Assembly (NCBI RefSeq): GCF_963921235.1
Contig: NC_086097.1
Location: forward strand, 236,842,001 to 236,906,000
Direction of reading: 5' to 3'
Origin: Mobula hypostoma
Taxonomy: Eukaryota
DNA length: 64,000 nt
In this document: piece after piece, positions 1-12,254 of the stretch
Position numbering within the stretch: position 1 is the first letter of the stretch
How the letters are laid out: the number at the start of each line of letters is the position of its first letter
Notes under the pieces: generated by a model
The model's input: the letters and a program-made list of their open reading frames with translations, nothing else
The model's database searches: none
Told to the model about the DNA's origin: nothing
Position numbers and translations under genes: made by a program

Positions 1-129
1 TTGTCCATAATGGATAACAGTTTATTTAGTGACCTCCTCTCCACCACTAACTCAAAAGAGTCCAAGTTGTGCCCAAGGATGGATTCAGCCTTATGGTCTT
101 GCACTTTGGTAGAAGAAATGAAAGGTTGG

Positions 130-775
130 CTCTTTTGTAAATAGAGAGAAAATACAAAAGCACTTGGGAGTCCTTGTGCAGGATTCCCTAAAGGTTAATT
201 TTCAGGCCTAGTCTGTGGTGAGGAAGGCAAATGCAATGTTAGTACTCATTTCAAAAGGACTAGAATGTAAAAGCAAGTATGTAATGTTGAGATTTTATAA
301 GGCACTAGTGAGGCCTCACGTCGAGTGTAGCAAGTAGTTTTAAGCCCCTCAAGGATGTGCTGAAACTGGAGCAAGTTCAAAGGAGGTTCACAAAAATGAT
401 TCCAGGACTGAATAGCTTGTCATATGAAGAGTGTTTGATGGCTCTGGGCCTGTATTCACTGGAATTCAGAAGAATGAGAGGTGATCTATTGAATGGTAAA
501 CGGCCTTGATAGAGTGGATATGAAGAGGATGTTTCCTGTGGTGGGAGAGTCTAAGACCAGAGGACACAGCTTTAGAATAGACAGGTATCCTTTCAGAATG
601 GAGATGAGGAGGAATTTCTTTAGGCAGAGAGTGGTGATTCTGCGGAATTCCTTGCAAAAGGTAGCTGTGGAGGCCCAGTATTTATGTACATTTGAGGCAG
701 AGGTTAATAGATTCTTGATTGATCAGAGCTTTGAGGGATACAGGGAGAAGGCAGGAGATTGGGGCTGAGAGGAAA
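130..775 (+). mobile_element. CR1 LINE 3' fragment, decayed
   Basis: ORF 493-768 (LDRVD..SKTRGHS..RRNFF.QRVV) matches the C-terminus of the intact CR1 ORF2 at 5217-6896. Confidence 0.9.
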
Positions 776-784
776 AGGGGATTC

Positions 785-1300
785 CGATATGTCCCCATTT
801 TAATTCCACTTCCCATTCCCATTCCGATATGTCCATCCATGGCCTCCTCCATTGTCAGGATGATGCCACACTTAGGTTGAAGGAACAACACCTTATATTC
901 TATTTGGGTAGCCTCCAGCCTGATGGCAAGAACATCAATTTCTCAAACTTTCAGTAATGCTTCCCCCTCCCCCCACTTCACCATTTCCCATCCTCTTGTT
1001 CCTCTCCCCTTGACTGCCCATCGCCTCTCTCTGATGCTACTCCCCCCCCTCGCTTTTTTCTTTCTTCCATGGCCTTCTGTCTCTTTCACCAATCAGCTAT
1101 CTAGCTCTTTGCTTCACCCCTCCCCCTCCAAGTTTCACCTATCACCTGGTGTTTCTCTGTCCCCTCCCCCACCTTTCAATTCTACTCCTCAGCATTTTTT
1201 CTCCAGTCCTGCCGAAGGTTTTCAGCCCAAAATGTCGACTGTACTTTTTTCCATAGATGCTGCCTGGTCTGCTGAGTTCCTCCAGCATTTTGTGTGTGTA
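785..1300 (+). mobile_element. Penelope-like element 3' fragment, degenerate hammerhead at ~1204-1241
   Basis: Similar to 29100-29672 (ttttaattcca..ggcctcctc..gaggaacaacaccttatattc..gatgctgcctgg). Confidence 0.85.
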
Positions 1301-1394
1301 AATTCATCAGTATTTTTTTATGAGTTAATTTGAGATCAGTTAAGCAAATTTCTATCTATTGTTTTTTCTCTTTATCAAACATCTTTATTAAGGT

Positions 1395-1703
1395 GGGATA
1401 TCCAGAACTAGAGGGCACAGCCTCAAAACTGAGGGACAACATTTTAGAACAAAGGTAAGGAGGAATTTTTTAGCCAGGGAGTACTGAATCTATGGAATGC
1501 CGTGCCACAGACTTCGGTGGAGGCCAAGTCCGTGCATATATTTAAGGCAGAAGTTGATCATTTCCTGATTGATCAGGGCATCAAAGGATATGGTGAGAAG
1601 GTGTATGGGGTTGAGTGGGATTGGGATCAGCAATGATGGAATGGTAGAGCAGACTCGATGGGCTGAAGGGCCTAATTCTGCTCCTAGCTCTTATGGTCTT
1701 ATC
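1395..1703 (+). mobile_element. CR1 3' end
   Basis: actagagggcacagcctc..gaggccaagtc..cttatggtctta tail. Confidence 0.85.
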
Positions 1704-1707
1704 TCTG

Positions 1708-2190
1708 CTGTGCAGAAGTCTTAGGCACATACCTTTAGCTAAGGTGCCTAAGGTTCTTGCACAGTACTGGTCAATGTGGAGCGGAGAGCGAGTTTGTAAA
1801 TCTGGCGGGAGCAAAAGTTGTTGGAAATGGCAAGGGTGGAGCGTCACGGATATGGTATGGGACAGGTAACAGAGGTCACAGGTGCTGGGGCATGAGTAGC
1901 ACAGGTGTAGACACACCCAGCCCTGAGACATCAGGCTAGGTCAGTTGATTCCAAACTATTGGTTTTTTGATCATTACAGAATGTCTCTCTGGTGCTTCCT
2001 GCTCCCTCCCCACTCCCTTCCCATTCTGCCCACAAGAGAGACCCATATCAGAATCAGGTTTATCATCACTCACATATGTCTGTTTTTTTTTTGCAGGAGC
2101 AGTACAATGCAATACATAAAATTACCACAGAGCTGTGCAAAAGTCTTAGTCTCCCAAACTTTGTTCTTAAGACTTCTACACAGTACTGTA
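1708..2190. mobile_element. Tc1/mariner-type MITE-like unit with a short TIR hairpin at each end
   Basis: ctgtgcagaagtcttaggcac..gtgcctaaggttcttgcacagtactg (1708-1769) and ctgtgcaaaagtcttag..taagacttctacacagtactgTA (2133-2190). Confidence 0.6.
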
Positions 2191-2704
2191 GATTAATTTT
2201 ACTATAGCTAAACTATAGATTCTAATAGATTATCCAATTAGAAATTTAAATTATTATTCTGAATTTCAGTAGTAAGTCTTCTGCTGAGCTTGTTTCATAT
2301 TGTTTATTGGTTTTGAACTGCCTCTCAAATATACATAAATAAAAGATAACTATTAGAATCAGCAGGGGATAGAAATTTTTTTAAGATCAACATTAGAGCA
2401 AAGAACATAGCAAAACTTTATTACAGATTCATTATACACTTTAAATGAATTTATCTCCCAGCGGATGTACTTGAAACACAGTAGTAAAATGAATTTGTTA
2501 CAACATTTTGATTATGCTGTATGTATATATAATACTGGCATACGTGTTACTCTAGTATCTGTAAATTCTTTTTTCTGGGGATACAACGAATTCTACAACT
2601 GTAGATTTTCTTGATAATTGAAAATTTTGAGGTGGTTGTATCAACAGACAAGAGAAAGAACCAACTACGATAAAATATTAAAACAAAATTCTTAGAGGGA
2701 AACC

Positions 2705-2910
2705 AAAACAACACACTCAAAATGCTGGAGAAACTCAGGAGGTCATTACCACCTCTATCAAAGGAAAGAAACAGTCAACATTTCAAGCCAAGACCCTTGA
2801 AGGGTTTGCCTGTTCATTTCCCAACATAGATGCTGCTTGATCCATTGAGTTCCAGAATTTTTTGCGTGTTACTCTAGATTGCCAGTATCTGCATTCTCCC
2901 TTGTGTCTCC
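2705..2910. mobile_element. Penelope-terminus hairpin insertion, decayed
   Basis: aaaatgctggagaaactcag..tgagttccagaatttt inverted arms plus 3' tail; imperfect flanking repeat ttagagg(g/c)aa. Confidence 0.7.
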
Positions 2911-3099
2911 ATTAGAGGCAACCCCTTTTAGTTTATTATGTAGCATCCTGAGGAGAAAATTTTGACTGGAAGGTGTAAAATGGCAATAAAAGAATTGTTT
3001 AACGTCTAGAGGTTGGTCAGAGTATCTGAATTTAACATTTAATTTTAATGGGTTGTTAACTGAATCTGAACTTGCCAGGAGACACAAAATGGTTTTGAT

Positions 3100-3490
3100 A
3101 ACACACACAAAATACTGCAGGATCTCAGCAGGCTAGGCAGCAAATATGGAAAGGAATAAAGAGTCCACATTTCGTGTTATGAACCTTCATCAGGACTGAA
3201 AAGGAAGAGTGAAGAAGCCAAAATAAGAAGTACAAACTGGAAGGTGATAGGTGAATTCAGGTGAGGAGGGTAGGAGAGGGGAATGAACTGAGAAGCTGGG
3301 AGGTGATAGGTGGAAAAGGCAAAGGGCTGGAGGGGAAGGAATGTGTATAAGAGAGGAGAGTGGATCATGGGAGAAGGAGAAAGAGGCAAGACACCAGAGG
3401 GAGGTGAGAAGAAGAGAAGGAAAAGGAGAGGAGCCAGAATGGGGAATGGTAAAAGAGAGAAGTGGGAGGGGGAAATAATTTTGTTACTGA
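3100..3490 (-). mobile_element. Penelope-like 3' terminal fragment
   Basis: Reverse complement of Penelope end with ccttcatcaggactg core and purine-rich tract. Confidence 0.75.
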
Positions 3491-4119
3491 TCTTAAACAC
3501 AATCAAATAAAGCTCTTTCATCCTGTGGTAGATGTGGAGGGAACATGGAACCCAAGGGACAGCTCCAAGAATGTTATCTCTCTCTGTGATGCTGGAGGCC
3601 TACAGTTGAGCACCAAAGATGAAGGTGAAGAATTTTCAAGCATTTTCATATGAAAGTGCCAAGTGAATGATTCACCCCATCTTGCTCCTGAGGTCGCTCC
3701 CATGACAGAAGGCAGTCTTCACCTAAATTGATTCACTCTACGTGTTGTCAAGAAATGGTTATTGGGGCCAGGCATCCCAGCTGAGCATACTGAAAGCCTG
3801 TGCTTCCAAACCAGTCATGTATTTCATTGAGTTATTACAGTTTTTTCTCCTATTCTGTTATTTAGAAAATATTCTCTGCAGTTTTTTTGTTCTCATGTGT
3901 AGAGCAGTTGCCATACAAGCCTTGATGTATCCAAAACAGGATGCTCTCAATGGTGCATCAATAACAATTGGTGAGGGGTATCGTAGGGGAAATAATAATG
4001 AGGGCTAATAACTAGTAAATAGTGATGTGAATTGTTCTAATGTGGTAACAGGGAAAAGCAGACAAAAGTAGAATGTGACAGTGACAACACCAGGCTTCAG
4101 GAAATTTACTAATTGTGTT

Positions 4120-4486
4120 TGGGTGGTAGGGTGGAGACATGTCTCTACCAAAGGAGGTAAAAGCCACACCTTACCCCAGCTAGCCTGCAGGTCACCCTTG
4201 GGCAAGGTGTAGCACATCCTCAGCCTCCGGATCAGGGTCACATGACTCCACGGGAGCAGGTGGTGGATGGTCGTGTGAGCAGCTGGTGCATAACACAGGT
4301 CCTGGTTGTACGACCTCTGACACCAGGCAGACAATCTCTGAAGTTGGCTGGGATCACTGGTCTCGTAAAGGCACTGCTCAGAAGAAGGCAATGGCAAACC
4401 AATTCTGTCGAAAAATTTGCCAAGAGCAATCAAGGTCATGAGACCATGATCACCCATGTCAAATGTCAAGTCACATGATTATGATG
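4120..4486 (+). mobile_element. ~370-bp SINE-like retroposon with RTE/Bov-A-like tail (family A)
   Basis: TSD actaattgtgtt 4108-4119/4487-4498; gaagaaggcaatggcaaacc tail; (ATG)n end; four other copies in window. Confidence 0.85.
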
Positions 4487-4815
4487 ACTAATTGTGTTAT
4501 AGCATGCACTTATTGTTGTAATTGAAAATTGGAATTGCTGTTAGACCTGTAGATGATCATTTTATTCTGCAATCAGGACCTAGTCTGTTACTTAGTTAAA
4601 TCATCATGTAACTACCATCCTGTATCAAAATCTTGTTTTACTGGTAATTTCATCATCCAAGAATGTAAGAGTGGTTCCAAATTCATTATTAGATAGATTA
4701 TCTTCGATTGGTCTTCTGGTGTGCACCAGTTTGTTAAAAGTTGCCCATTACAGTATTTTGAATAACAATTCAGATTTCTCCTACAAGGGTCAAAGGACAC
4801 AGTAGAAAATTAGAA

Positions 4816-6992
4816 CATTAGACTGGCAAATGACATTTAAAGGATTGCCAGTGGATATGCAATGGCAAGCATTTAAAGGTTGCATGGATGAACTACAACA
4901 ATTGTTCATCACAGTTTGGCAAAAGAATAAATCAAGGAAGGTAGTGCACCCGTGGCTGACAAGGGAAATTAGGGATAGTATCAATTCCAAAGAAGAAGCA
5001 TACAAATTAGCCAGAGAAAGTGGCTCACCTGAAGACTGGAAGAAATTCAGAGTTCAGCAGAGGAGGACAAAGGGCTTAATTAGGAAGGGGAAAAAAGATT
5101 ATGAGAGAAAACTGGCAGGGAACATAAAAACAGACTGTAAAAGCTTTTATAGATAAGTAAAAAGGAAAAGACTGGTAAAGACAAATGTAGGTCCCCTGCA
5201 GACAGAAACAGGTGAATTGATTATGGGGAGCAAGGACATGGCAGACCAATTGAATAATTACTATGGTTCTGTCTTCACGAAGGAGGACATAAATAATCTT
5301 CCAGAAATAGTAGGGGACAGAGGGTCCAGTGAGATGGAGGAACTGAGCAAAATACATGTTAGTAGGGAAGTGGTATTAGGTAAATTGAAGGGATTGAAGG
5401 CAGATAAATCCCCAGGGCCAGATGGTCTGCATCCTAGAGTGCTTAAGGAAGTAGCCCAAGAAATAGTGGATGCATTAGTGATAATTTTTCAAAACTCGTT
5501 AGATTCTGGACTAGTTCCTGAGGATTGGAGGGTGGCTAATGTAACTCCACTTTTTAAAAAAGGAGGGAGAGAGAAACCGGGGAATTATAGACCGGTTAGC
5601 CTAACGTCGGTGGTGGGGAAACTGCTGGAGTCAGTTATCAAGGATATGATAACAGCACATTTGGAAAGCGGTGAAATGATCGGACAAAGTCAGCATGGAT
5701 TTGTGAAAGGAAAATCATGTCTGACGAATCTCATAGAATTTTTTGAGGTTGTAACTAGTAGAGTGGATAGGGGAGAACCAGTGGATGTGGTATATTTGGA
5801 TTTTCAAAAGGCTTTTGACAAGGTCCCACACAGGAGATTAGTGTGCAAACTTAAAGCACACGGTATTGGGGGTAAGGTATTGGTGTGGGTGGAGAATTGG
5901 TTAGCAGACAGGAAGCAAAGAGTGGGAATAAACGGGACCTTTTCAGAATGGCAGGCAGTGACTAGTGGGGTACCGCAAGGCTCAGTGCTGGGACCCCAGT
6001 TGTTTACAATATATATTAATGACTTGGATGAGGGAATTAAATGCAGCATCTCCAAGTTTGCGGATGACACGAAGCTGGGTGGCAGTGTTAGCTGTGAGGA
6101 GGATGCTAAGAGGATGCAGGGTGACTTGGATAGGTTGGGTAAGTGGGCAAATTCATGGCAGATGCAATTTAATGTGGATAAATGTGAAGTTATCCACTTT
6201 GGTGGCAAAAATAGGAAAACAGATTATTATCTGAATGGTGGCCGATTAGGAAAAGGGGAGGTGCAACGAGACCTGGGTGTCATTATACACCAGTCATTGA
6301 AAGTGGGCACGCAGGTACAGCGGGCGGTGAAAAAGGCGAATGGTATGCTGGCATTTATAGAGAGAGGATTCGAGTACAGGAGCAGGGAGGTACTACTGCA
6401 GTTGTACAAGGCCTTGGTGAGACCACACCTGGAGTATTGTGTGCAGTTTTGGTCCCCTAATCTGAGGAAAGACATCTTTGCCATAGAGGGAGTACAAAGA
6501 AGGTTCACCAGATTGATTCCTGGGATGGCAGGACTTTCATATGAAGAAAGACTGGATGAACTGGGCTTGTACTCGATGGAATTTAGAAGATTGAGGGGGG
6601 ATCTGATTGAAACGTACAAGATCCTAAAGGGATTGGACAGGCTAGATGCAGGAAGATTGTTCTCGATGTTGGGGAAGTCCAGAACGAGGGGCCACAGTTT
6701 GAGGATAGAGGGGAAGCCTTTTAGGACCGAGATTAGGAAAAACTTCTTCACACAGAGAGTGGTGAATCTGTGGAATTCTCTGCCACAGGAAACAGTTGAG
6801 GCCAGTTCATTGGCTATATTTAAGAGGGAGTTAGATATGGCCCTTGTGGCTACGGGGGTCAGGGGGTATGGAGGGAAGGCTGGGGCAGGGTTCTGAGTTG
6901 GATGATCAGTCATGATCATAATAAATGGCGGTGCAGGCTCGAAGGGCCGAATGGCCTACTCCTGCACCTATTTTCTATGTTTCTATGTTTCT
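4816..6992 (+). mobile_element. Young 5'-truncated CR1 LINE
   Basis: RT ORF, 3' UTR, (TTTCTATG)n tail, probable TSD attagaa 4809-4815/6993-6999. Confidence 0.97.
5217..6896 (+). pseudogene. CR1 ORF2 reverse transcriptase region (no endonuclease; upstream in-frame stop at 5154)
   Basis: [39 protein letters not shown] motifs. Confidence 0.95.
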
Positions 6993-6999
6993 ATTAGAA

Positions 7000-7260
7000 A
7001 GTTTTTGACAAGAACAGGCCATTTGGTTCAACAAAGCTTGCCAAATTCCTATTCACATCATCTGTTGAACTAACTATTGAGTTGAGATGTGAAAGTCTCT
7101 AAGGTGCTATTCTCAACTACACAAGGAGATAGTTTGTTCCATGTGTCCACAACTTGCTGGGTAAAGAAGTGCTTCCTAATGTTAATCTGCAAGGTCCCTT
7201 TAACCAGTCTCCACATATGGCCCCATATCCTTGATGGATTAATTTTGAAATAGAGAGGTT
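7000..7260 (-). mobile_element. Old CR1 3' fragment
   Basis: ORF 7070-7360(-) ends with RKHFFTQQVVDTWNKL. Confidence 0.7.
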
Positions 7261-7279
7261 TCTTCTGTTTGCTGAGAAG

Positions 7280-8068
7280 TTTCAAAGATTTCAAGGGGAC
7301 ATTTAATGTCAGAGAAATGTATACAATATACATCCTGAAATGCTTTTTCTTCTCAACCATCCATGAAAACAGAGGAGTGTCACAAAGAATGAATGACAGT
7401 TAAATGTTAGAGCCCCAAAGTCCCCCCCAGCTCCCTCCCTCCCACGCGTAAGTGGCAGCAAGCAATGATCCCCCCTCCCCCGGCTAGCAAAAAAAGCATT
7501 GGCACTCCCCACTGAGCACTCAAGCAAGAGTAAAGTAACACACAGTCTTGCAGTACTCCAAAGACTACTTGTTTACCCGGTATTCGACGTACTACAGGTT
7601 TTCTCTCTCCCTAATAAGGGAGAAAGAGATGTCTCCATTTCACAGCGAGAGGGGAGACATAACAAACAACTCACTGGTTTACGATGTTAAAAATCCATTG
7701 CGTCACTTTTTCCAAGCTCTGTGCCCAAAGAGCTCAGGTCTCTGGGCACACAGTCAAAGATCTTCCAGCTCCCACGACACACCAGTCCGGGACACCGATC
7801 TTTGATCTGCCCGTCTCCAGAGCAGCGAGATCCTGGGTCTCTACAGGTAAGCCAAACTCTTAGGCTGCACACTTGACATGTTGGATAATGGCCAGTCATG
7901 ACACCTCGCGAGCGGGTCCCATTCCCGCAAAGGACCGAAGTCAGCGTGTAACTCCAGGTCAAGGTCTTCAAAAGAACCCTGAAAGAGCAAAATAGAGATA
8001 TTAAAGATGGAAATAGAGTTGTTTCCGAAGATGCAAGCGAAGGAGTTGCCATTTAGCGCCATCTTGAC
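7280..8068 (-). mobile_element. Non-coding non-autonomous retroposon with CAAGATGGCG 5' end (family B)
   Basis: 3' part similar to 59180-59590; minus strand starts tcaagatggcgc; short-repeat tail. Confidence 0.65.
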
Positions 8069-8109
8069 TAAGCTCTGCCTTCTAATATCCGCCCTCTGCC
8101 CTCCAAATA

Positions 8110-8690
8110 GAGGCGTTAGTGAGTTTCCTTGGCCATAACATCAACATTGATTGGACCAGGACAGGATGTTGGTGCTGTCCACTCCTAGGAACTCAGAGCT
8201 CTCAACCCTCTCGACCTCAGTTCCGCTGATGTAAATAGGAACATGTGCACCGGCTTGCTTTGTAAAGTCAGTGACCAGCGCTTTTGTTTTGCTGACATTG
8301 AGGGTAAGGTTGTTGTCATGACACCAGGTCACTAGGCTCTTTATCTCCTTCCTGTACTCTGACTCATTGTTATTTGAAATAAAAACCACTCTGCAAGCAC
8401 ATAGATGGAGTTAGAGCAGAGTCTGGTTGAATAGTTTTGAGTATACAGGGAGAGGTCTAGATGGCTAAAGATGTAGCCATGCAGGGCACCCGTGTTCAGG
8501 ATAATCGTAGCAGAGTTGCTACTGCCTATCCTTAATGTTGCAGTCTATTGGTCAAGAAGCCAAGGATCCACTTGCAAAAGGAGATGTTGAGTCCGAGGTC
8601 TAAGAGTTTAAAGGTGAATTTACTTAGAATTATCGTATTGGATGTGGAGCTGCAGTCAATGAAGAACAGTATAATGCAGATAGTTATCTG
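8110..8690 (-). mobile_element. Rex1/Babar-like RT fragment
   Basis: WCHDNNLTLNVSKTK..ERVESSEFLGV in ORF 8141-8389. Confidence 0.8.
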
Positions 8691-9004
8691 AAGTTGTTGA
8701 ATTCAATGTTAAATCCTGCATCCTATTCTGACTCATGCTTTGAATTTAGATCTGGGGTCTTGATACCAATAAAAATGACCACTGGAGCCATCAATATCTG
8801 GGTTCACTTGAAAGTTTTAATTGGGTTGTTTTTCTGTGGTGCTTTTAGGAAGCAAAAGTAAATCAGAACAACCTTGCAGTGAATAAAATACCTGTTACCC
8901 ATTTAAAGAACCTACAGTATATTGTGCAATACTATCTATCTTGGAACTAGACTAAAGGGTATATAAGGTATAAAAATTGAGAACCATGATCACCTTGATG
9001 TCTT

Positions 9005-9340
9005 GGGTATGTGTAGGGCCAGAGGGCACAGTATCAGAATACAAGGATATCCCTTCCGAACAGAGATGAGGAATTTCTTCATCCAGAGGGTGATGAATCT
9101 GTGGAGTTCATTGCCATGGATGGCTGTGGAAGCCAAGTCATTGGGTATATTTAAATCAAAGGTTGATAAGCTCTTGATTACCGGTGACATCAATGGTTAC
9201 GGGGAGAAGTCAGGAGAATGCGGATGAGAGTTTGGCATGGTCCAGATGGGCCGAAGGGCCTGTTTCTGAGTTGTACTTTTTCTATGACTCAGCCATGATG
9301 GAATGGTGAAGCTGCTCCTATGTCTTGTAGTTTTAAGGTC
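9005..9340 (+). mobile_element. CR1 3' fragment(s)
   Basis: RARGHSIRIQGYPFRTEMRNFFIQRV. Confidence 0.85.
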
Positions 9341-11396
9341 TTATTGGCACAGTGTATTGCTTTCTCAGCAGGCAGTTCTTAAAATGACACTGCCTGCCTG
9401 TTTCTCAGCCTCTGTTCAGCTTGACATTGTGGTCGGCAGGACAGTGAGTAAACAGCTTGCTATTGACACTCTTGTTGACATCCTTGATATTGTTTCACCG
9501 CTTCTGATCATCTGACACCTGATGCAATGCGACAAGGAGAAGTCCGAAAACAATTCACATTTTTATGAGCTTGTGTCTGTGCAGTTTGGGTATCTACTGC
9601 TTCTGATGCATGAGAAGCAATCTCAGCTGAGATATTTGCCTCCTGTAGGTGGATTTAGCATACTGCTTGTGTTCAGCATGAAAATTAGAATTGTTTATTG
9701 CTTCTAATAAGAAATAATCCAAGATTTTACATGTGCAAAATAGCTGAGGGGTGGTAATATCTTATCTGTTAGCAGACCAACATAACAATGAAGTTGAAAT
9801 ATCAACCCCTAATGTTGTTGACCAAAGTACCTGAATTGCCACTTTATCCCATTGCTTTATTCCAATCAAATAGCATAATCTTTAATCAATACAGTTCCTT
9901 GTAGTACTTAGACAAAAAAAAATTGAACACCCAGGCCTCTATTTCTCTCTTCCCTGCTGTAACGTCAATGGAATGAGCAAAATCTTTGGGGAAATGTCGC
10001 ATGTGTCTGAAGACATTCTCAGAAAGTTATAGAAGGAAATCAGACCAAAACCTATGGGAATTCAAGAGCTCTATGCTCAAGTCAGGTTGTGCAATAGACC
10101 AAGGAAATGCATGTCCAAAGCTTTTGAATACGAGCTTCAAATAAGTGATGAATATAAATATGGAACTGTCAACCATGACATTTCACTACTCCCACTTTTA
10201 AGCTCACTCTTAAGAACATTTGGAATTATGGTGATCTTGCATGGTATTTGGTGATTAAGTTGGAGAAAGATCCATTGCAACAATTCATTAGCTGTCTCAG
10301 AATCATCATGCATTTCCCTTCAACAAAGGGATTGGATTATCTGGAATGAGGTAATTTTATATGCTTGGTAGATTTCATGTTCCTGACAGCTCTCGGTGCT
10401 CATATGAATGTTTTCAATTTATACCTTCAGGGAATCATGCACAGCAGCCATGGATAATGTAAGTAGTGGGTAAATCTGCTTTCAAATTCAATGGCATTGG
10501 CTCTGAGCACTTCATAACTACCTGAGGCAGGGAAAAAAGTTATATAAATCCATGTTCTTTCCTTTCTTCACAAAAACGTGATTTACACTTGTCTTTGGTG
10601 GATTACTTTTTTCATTTTTCCTGCTTCAGGACAGAGTAAGATTACTACTTGATCTATATGATAAAATTACTGTACATACCACCTAGAAAACCAGGGGAAG
10701 TGTCCAAATCTAAAGATTATTTGTGTCCAGTTGAAAAGATCAGCAAATCTTTAGTTAAAATCTCACTCAAAAAAAGCCGAATGTATTTTCCTCTTATTTA
10801 AGCCCATTATAATGGCGAGTTTAAGCGGAGTCAACCAAGTTGCAAAAATCTTAGGGAATTCAAATGTGACTTTCATCCACACCCAGTTACGTTTATGCAT
10901 TCTAAGATGATTGTCACGAGAGGGTCCGGAAAAGGTAAGAATTTCCATTTGGAAATTACAGCACAAAATTATTTGTAAGTTATCTTCAAAGCGTGCCCAA
11001 TCAGTATGCGATCATTATCAATAGGTCTTTGTTGAGATTTTCACTTCTCTATTATTACCTTTCTGCTGGCAGCCTCTGGAAACCACATAAAAGGTGATGG
11101 AGAAAAAGAGAAAAAATTTTACCTTTCTGCCATAACTTACATTTGTCCGTGTAACTTAAGAGTCAAGCCCAACCCTTTGATAAGGGACGAAAGAAAATTA
11201 ATCAAAGGGATATTGCAGCAGATATTGACACCTGATATTAATATGGTTTCCACAAGATATTTTGTAAAATATTATGCTGTAAGATGCAACCCTGGATCTC
11301 TTGCAAAAAACATCTGGCCTGCTGCGTTCACCAGCAACTGTTATGTACGTTGCTTTAAATTTTTAACAATGGTTTGTCTCATAAGCCATTTCTTTT

Positions 11397-11752
11397 TGGG
11401 TGGCAGGGTGGAGAGACAGACATGTCTCTACCAAAGAAGGTGTAAGGTTCTCCTTCCCTCTGCTAGCCCGCAGGTCACCCTTGGGCAAGTTGTAGCACAT
11501 GCTTTGCCCTCCCCCCCAAATCAGAGTCATGTGAAGCCAGGGGAGCAGATGGTGGATGGTCGTAGGAGCAGCTGGTACATATCACAAGTCCTGGTTATGC
11601 GACCACTGACAATCTCTGAAGAGTATTGAAAATAGCTGGAGTCACCCATCTTGTAAGGATACTGCCCAGAAGAAGGCAATGGCAACCCACTTCTGTAGAA
11701 ATACTTGCCAAGAACAATCATGGTTGTGGAAAGACCATGATCACCCATGTCT
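11397..11752 (+). mobile_element. Family A SINE-like retroposon
   Basis: Collinear with 4120-4486. Confidence 0.85.
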
Positions 11753-11955
11753 TACAGTGGTGTCATCCGCCAACTTAAATATGGCATTATCGATGTTTAG
11801 CCTTACAGTCATAAGTGTAAAGTGAGTAGAGTAGAGGGCTAAGCACACAACTGGTGCACTGTGCTGATGGAGATTTTGGAGGAAATGTTGTTCCCAATCC
11901 AAACTAACTGGGATCTGCGAGTGAGGAAATCGTGCATCCAATTGCACAGGGAATA
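11753..11955 (-). mobile_element. Rex1/Babar-like RT fragment
   Basis: LCNWMHDFLTRRSQLV; KLADDTTV. Confidence 0.7.
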
Positions 11956-12254
11956 ATAAGCAGGTGTACAGGTGTACCCAATAAAGCGACCACTAGTTAT
12001 ATAGTTAATAGCGCAACCATTAATAATTAGCAAAGATCAGATTCAAACCACTTCCATCAAATTTTCATATTTCATTAATGAAGTCTTTCATTGCAGTGAT
12101 CAGCATTAAAATCACACGGTATACTTGAGATTTCAAGGACCACTCTATATTGGAACAGTGCTGCTGACTAAGACTGCAGCTACTTGAAATAATTGGCTCT
12201 TGAAACAAACTGAATTGTTTGGACAGTGGGTAGCTACTTGCTGCAAGTGGCATT

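Noticed and set aside
923..1333. 136-aa Pro/Ser/Leu-rich ORF
   Set aside because: Translation of the pyrimidine-rich Penelope 3' region; no protein signature
3500..3815. Possible host exon
   Set aside because: Ends in ggggccaggcatcccagctgagcatactgaaagcctgtgc, resembling a decayed LINE GPDG..LKAC segment; stops present
5804..6919. Long antisense ORFs repeated at 25379, 25804, 48609, 49032
   Set aside because: Shadows of CR1 ORF2; recurrence reflects copy identity
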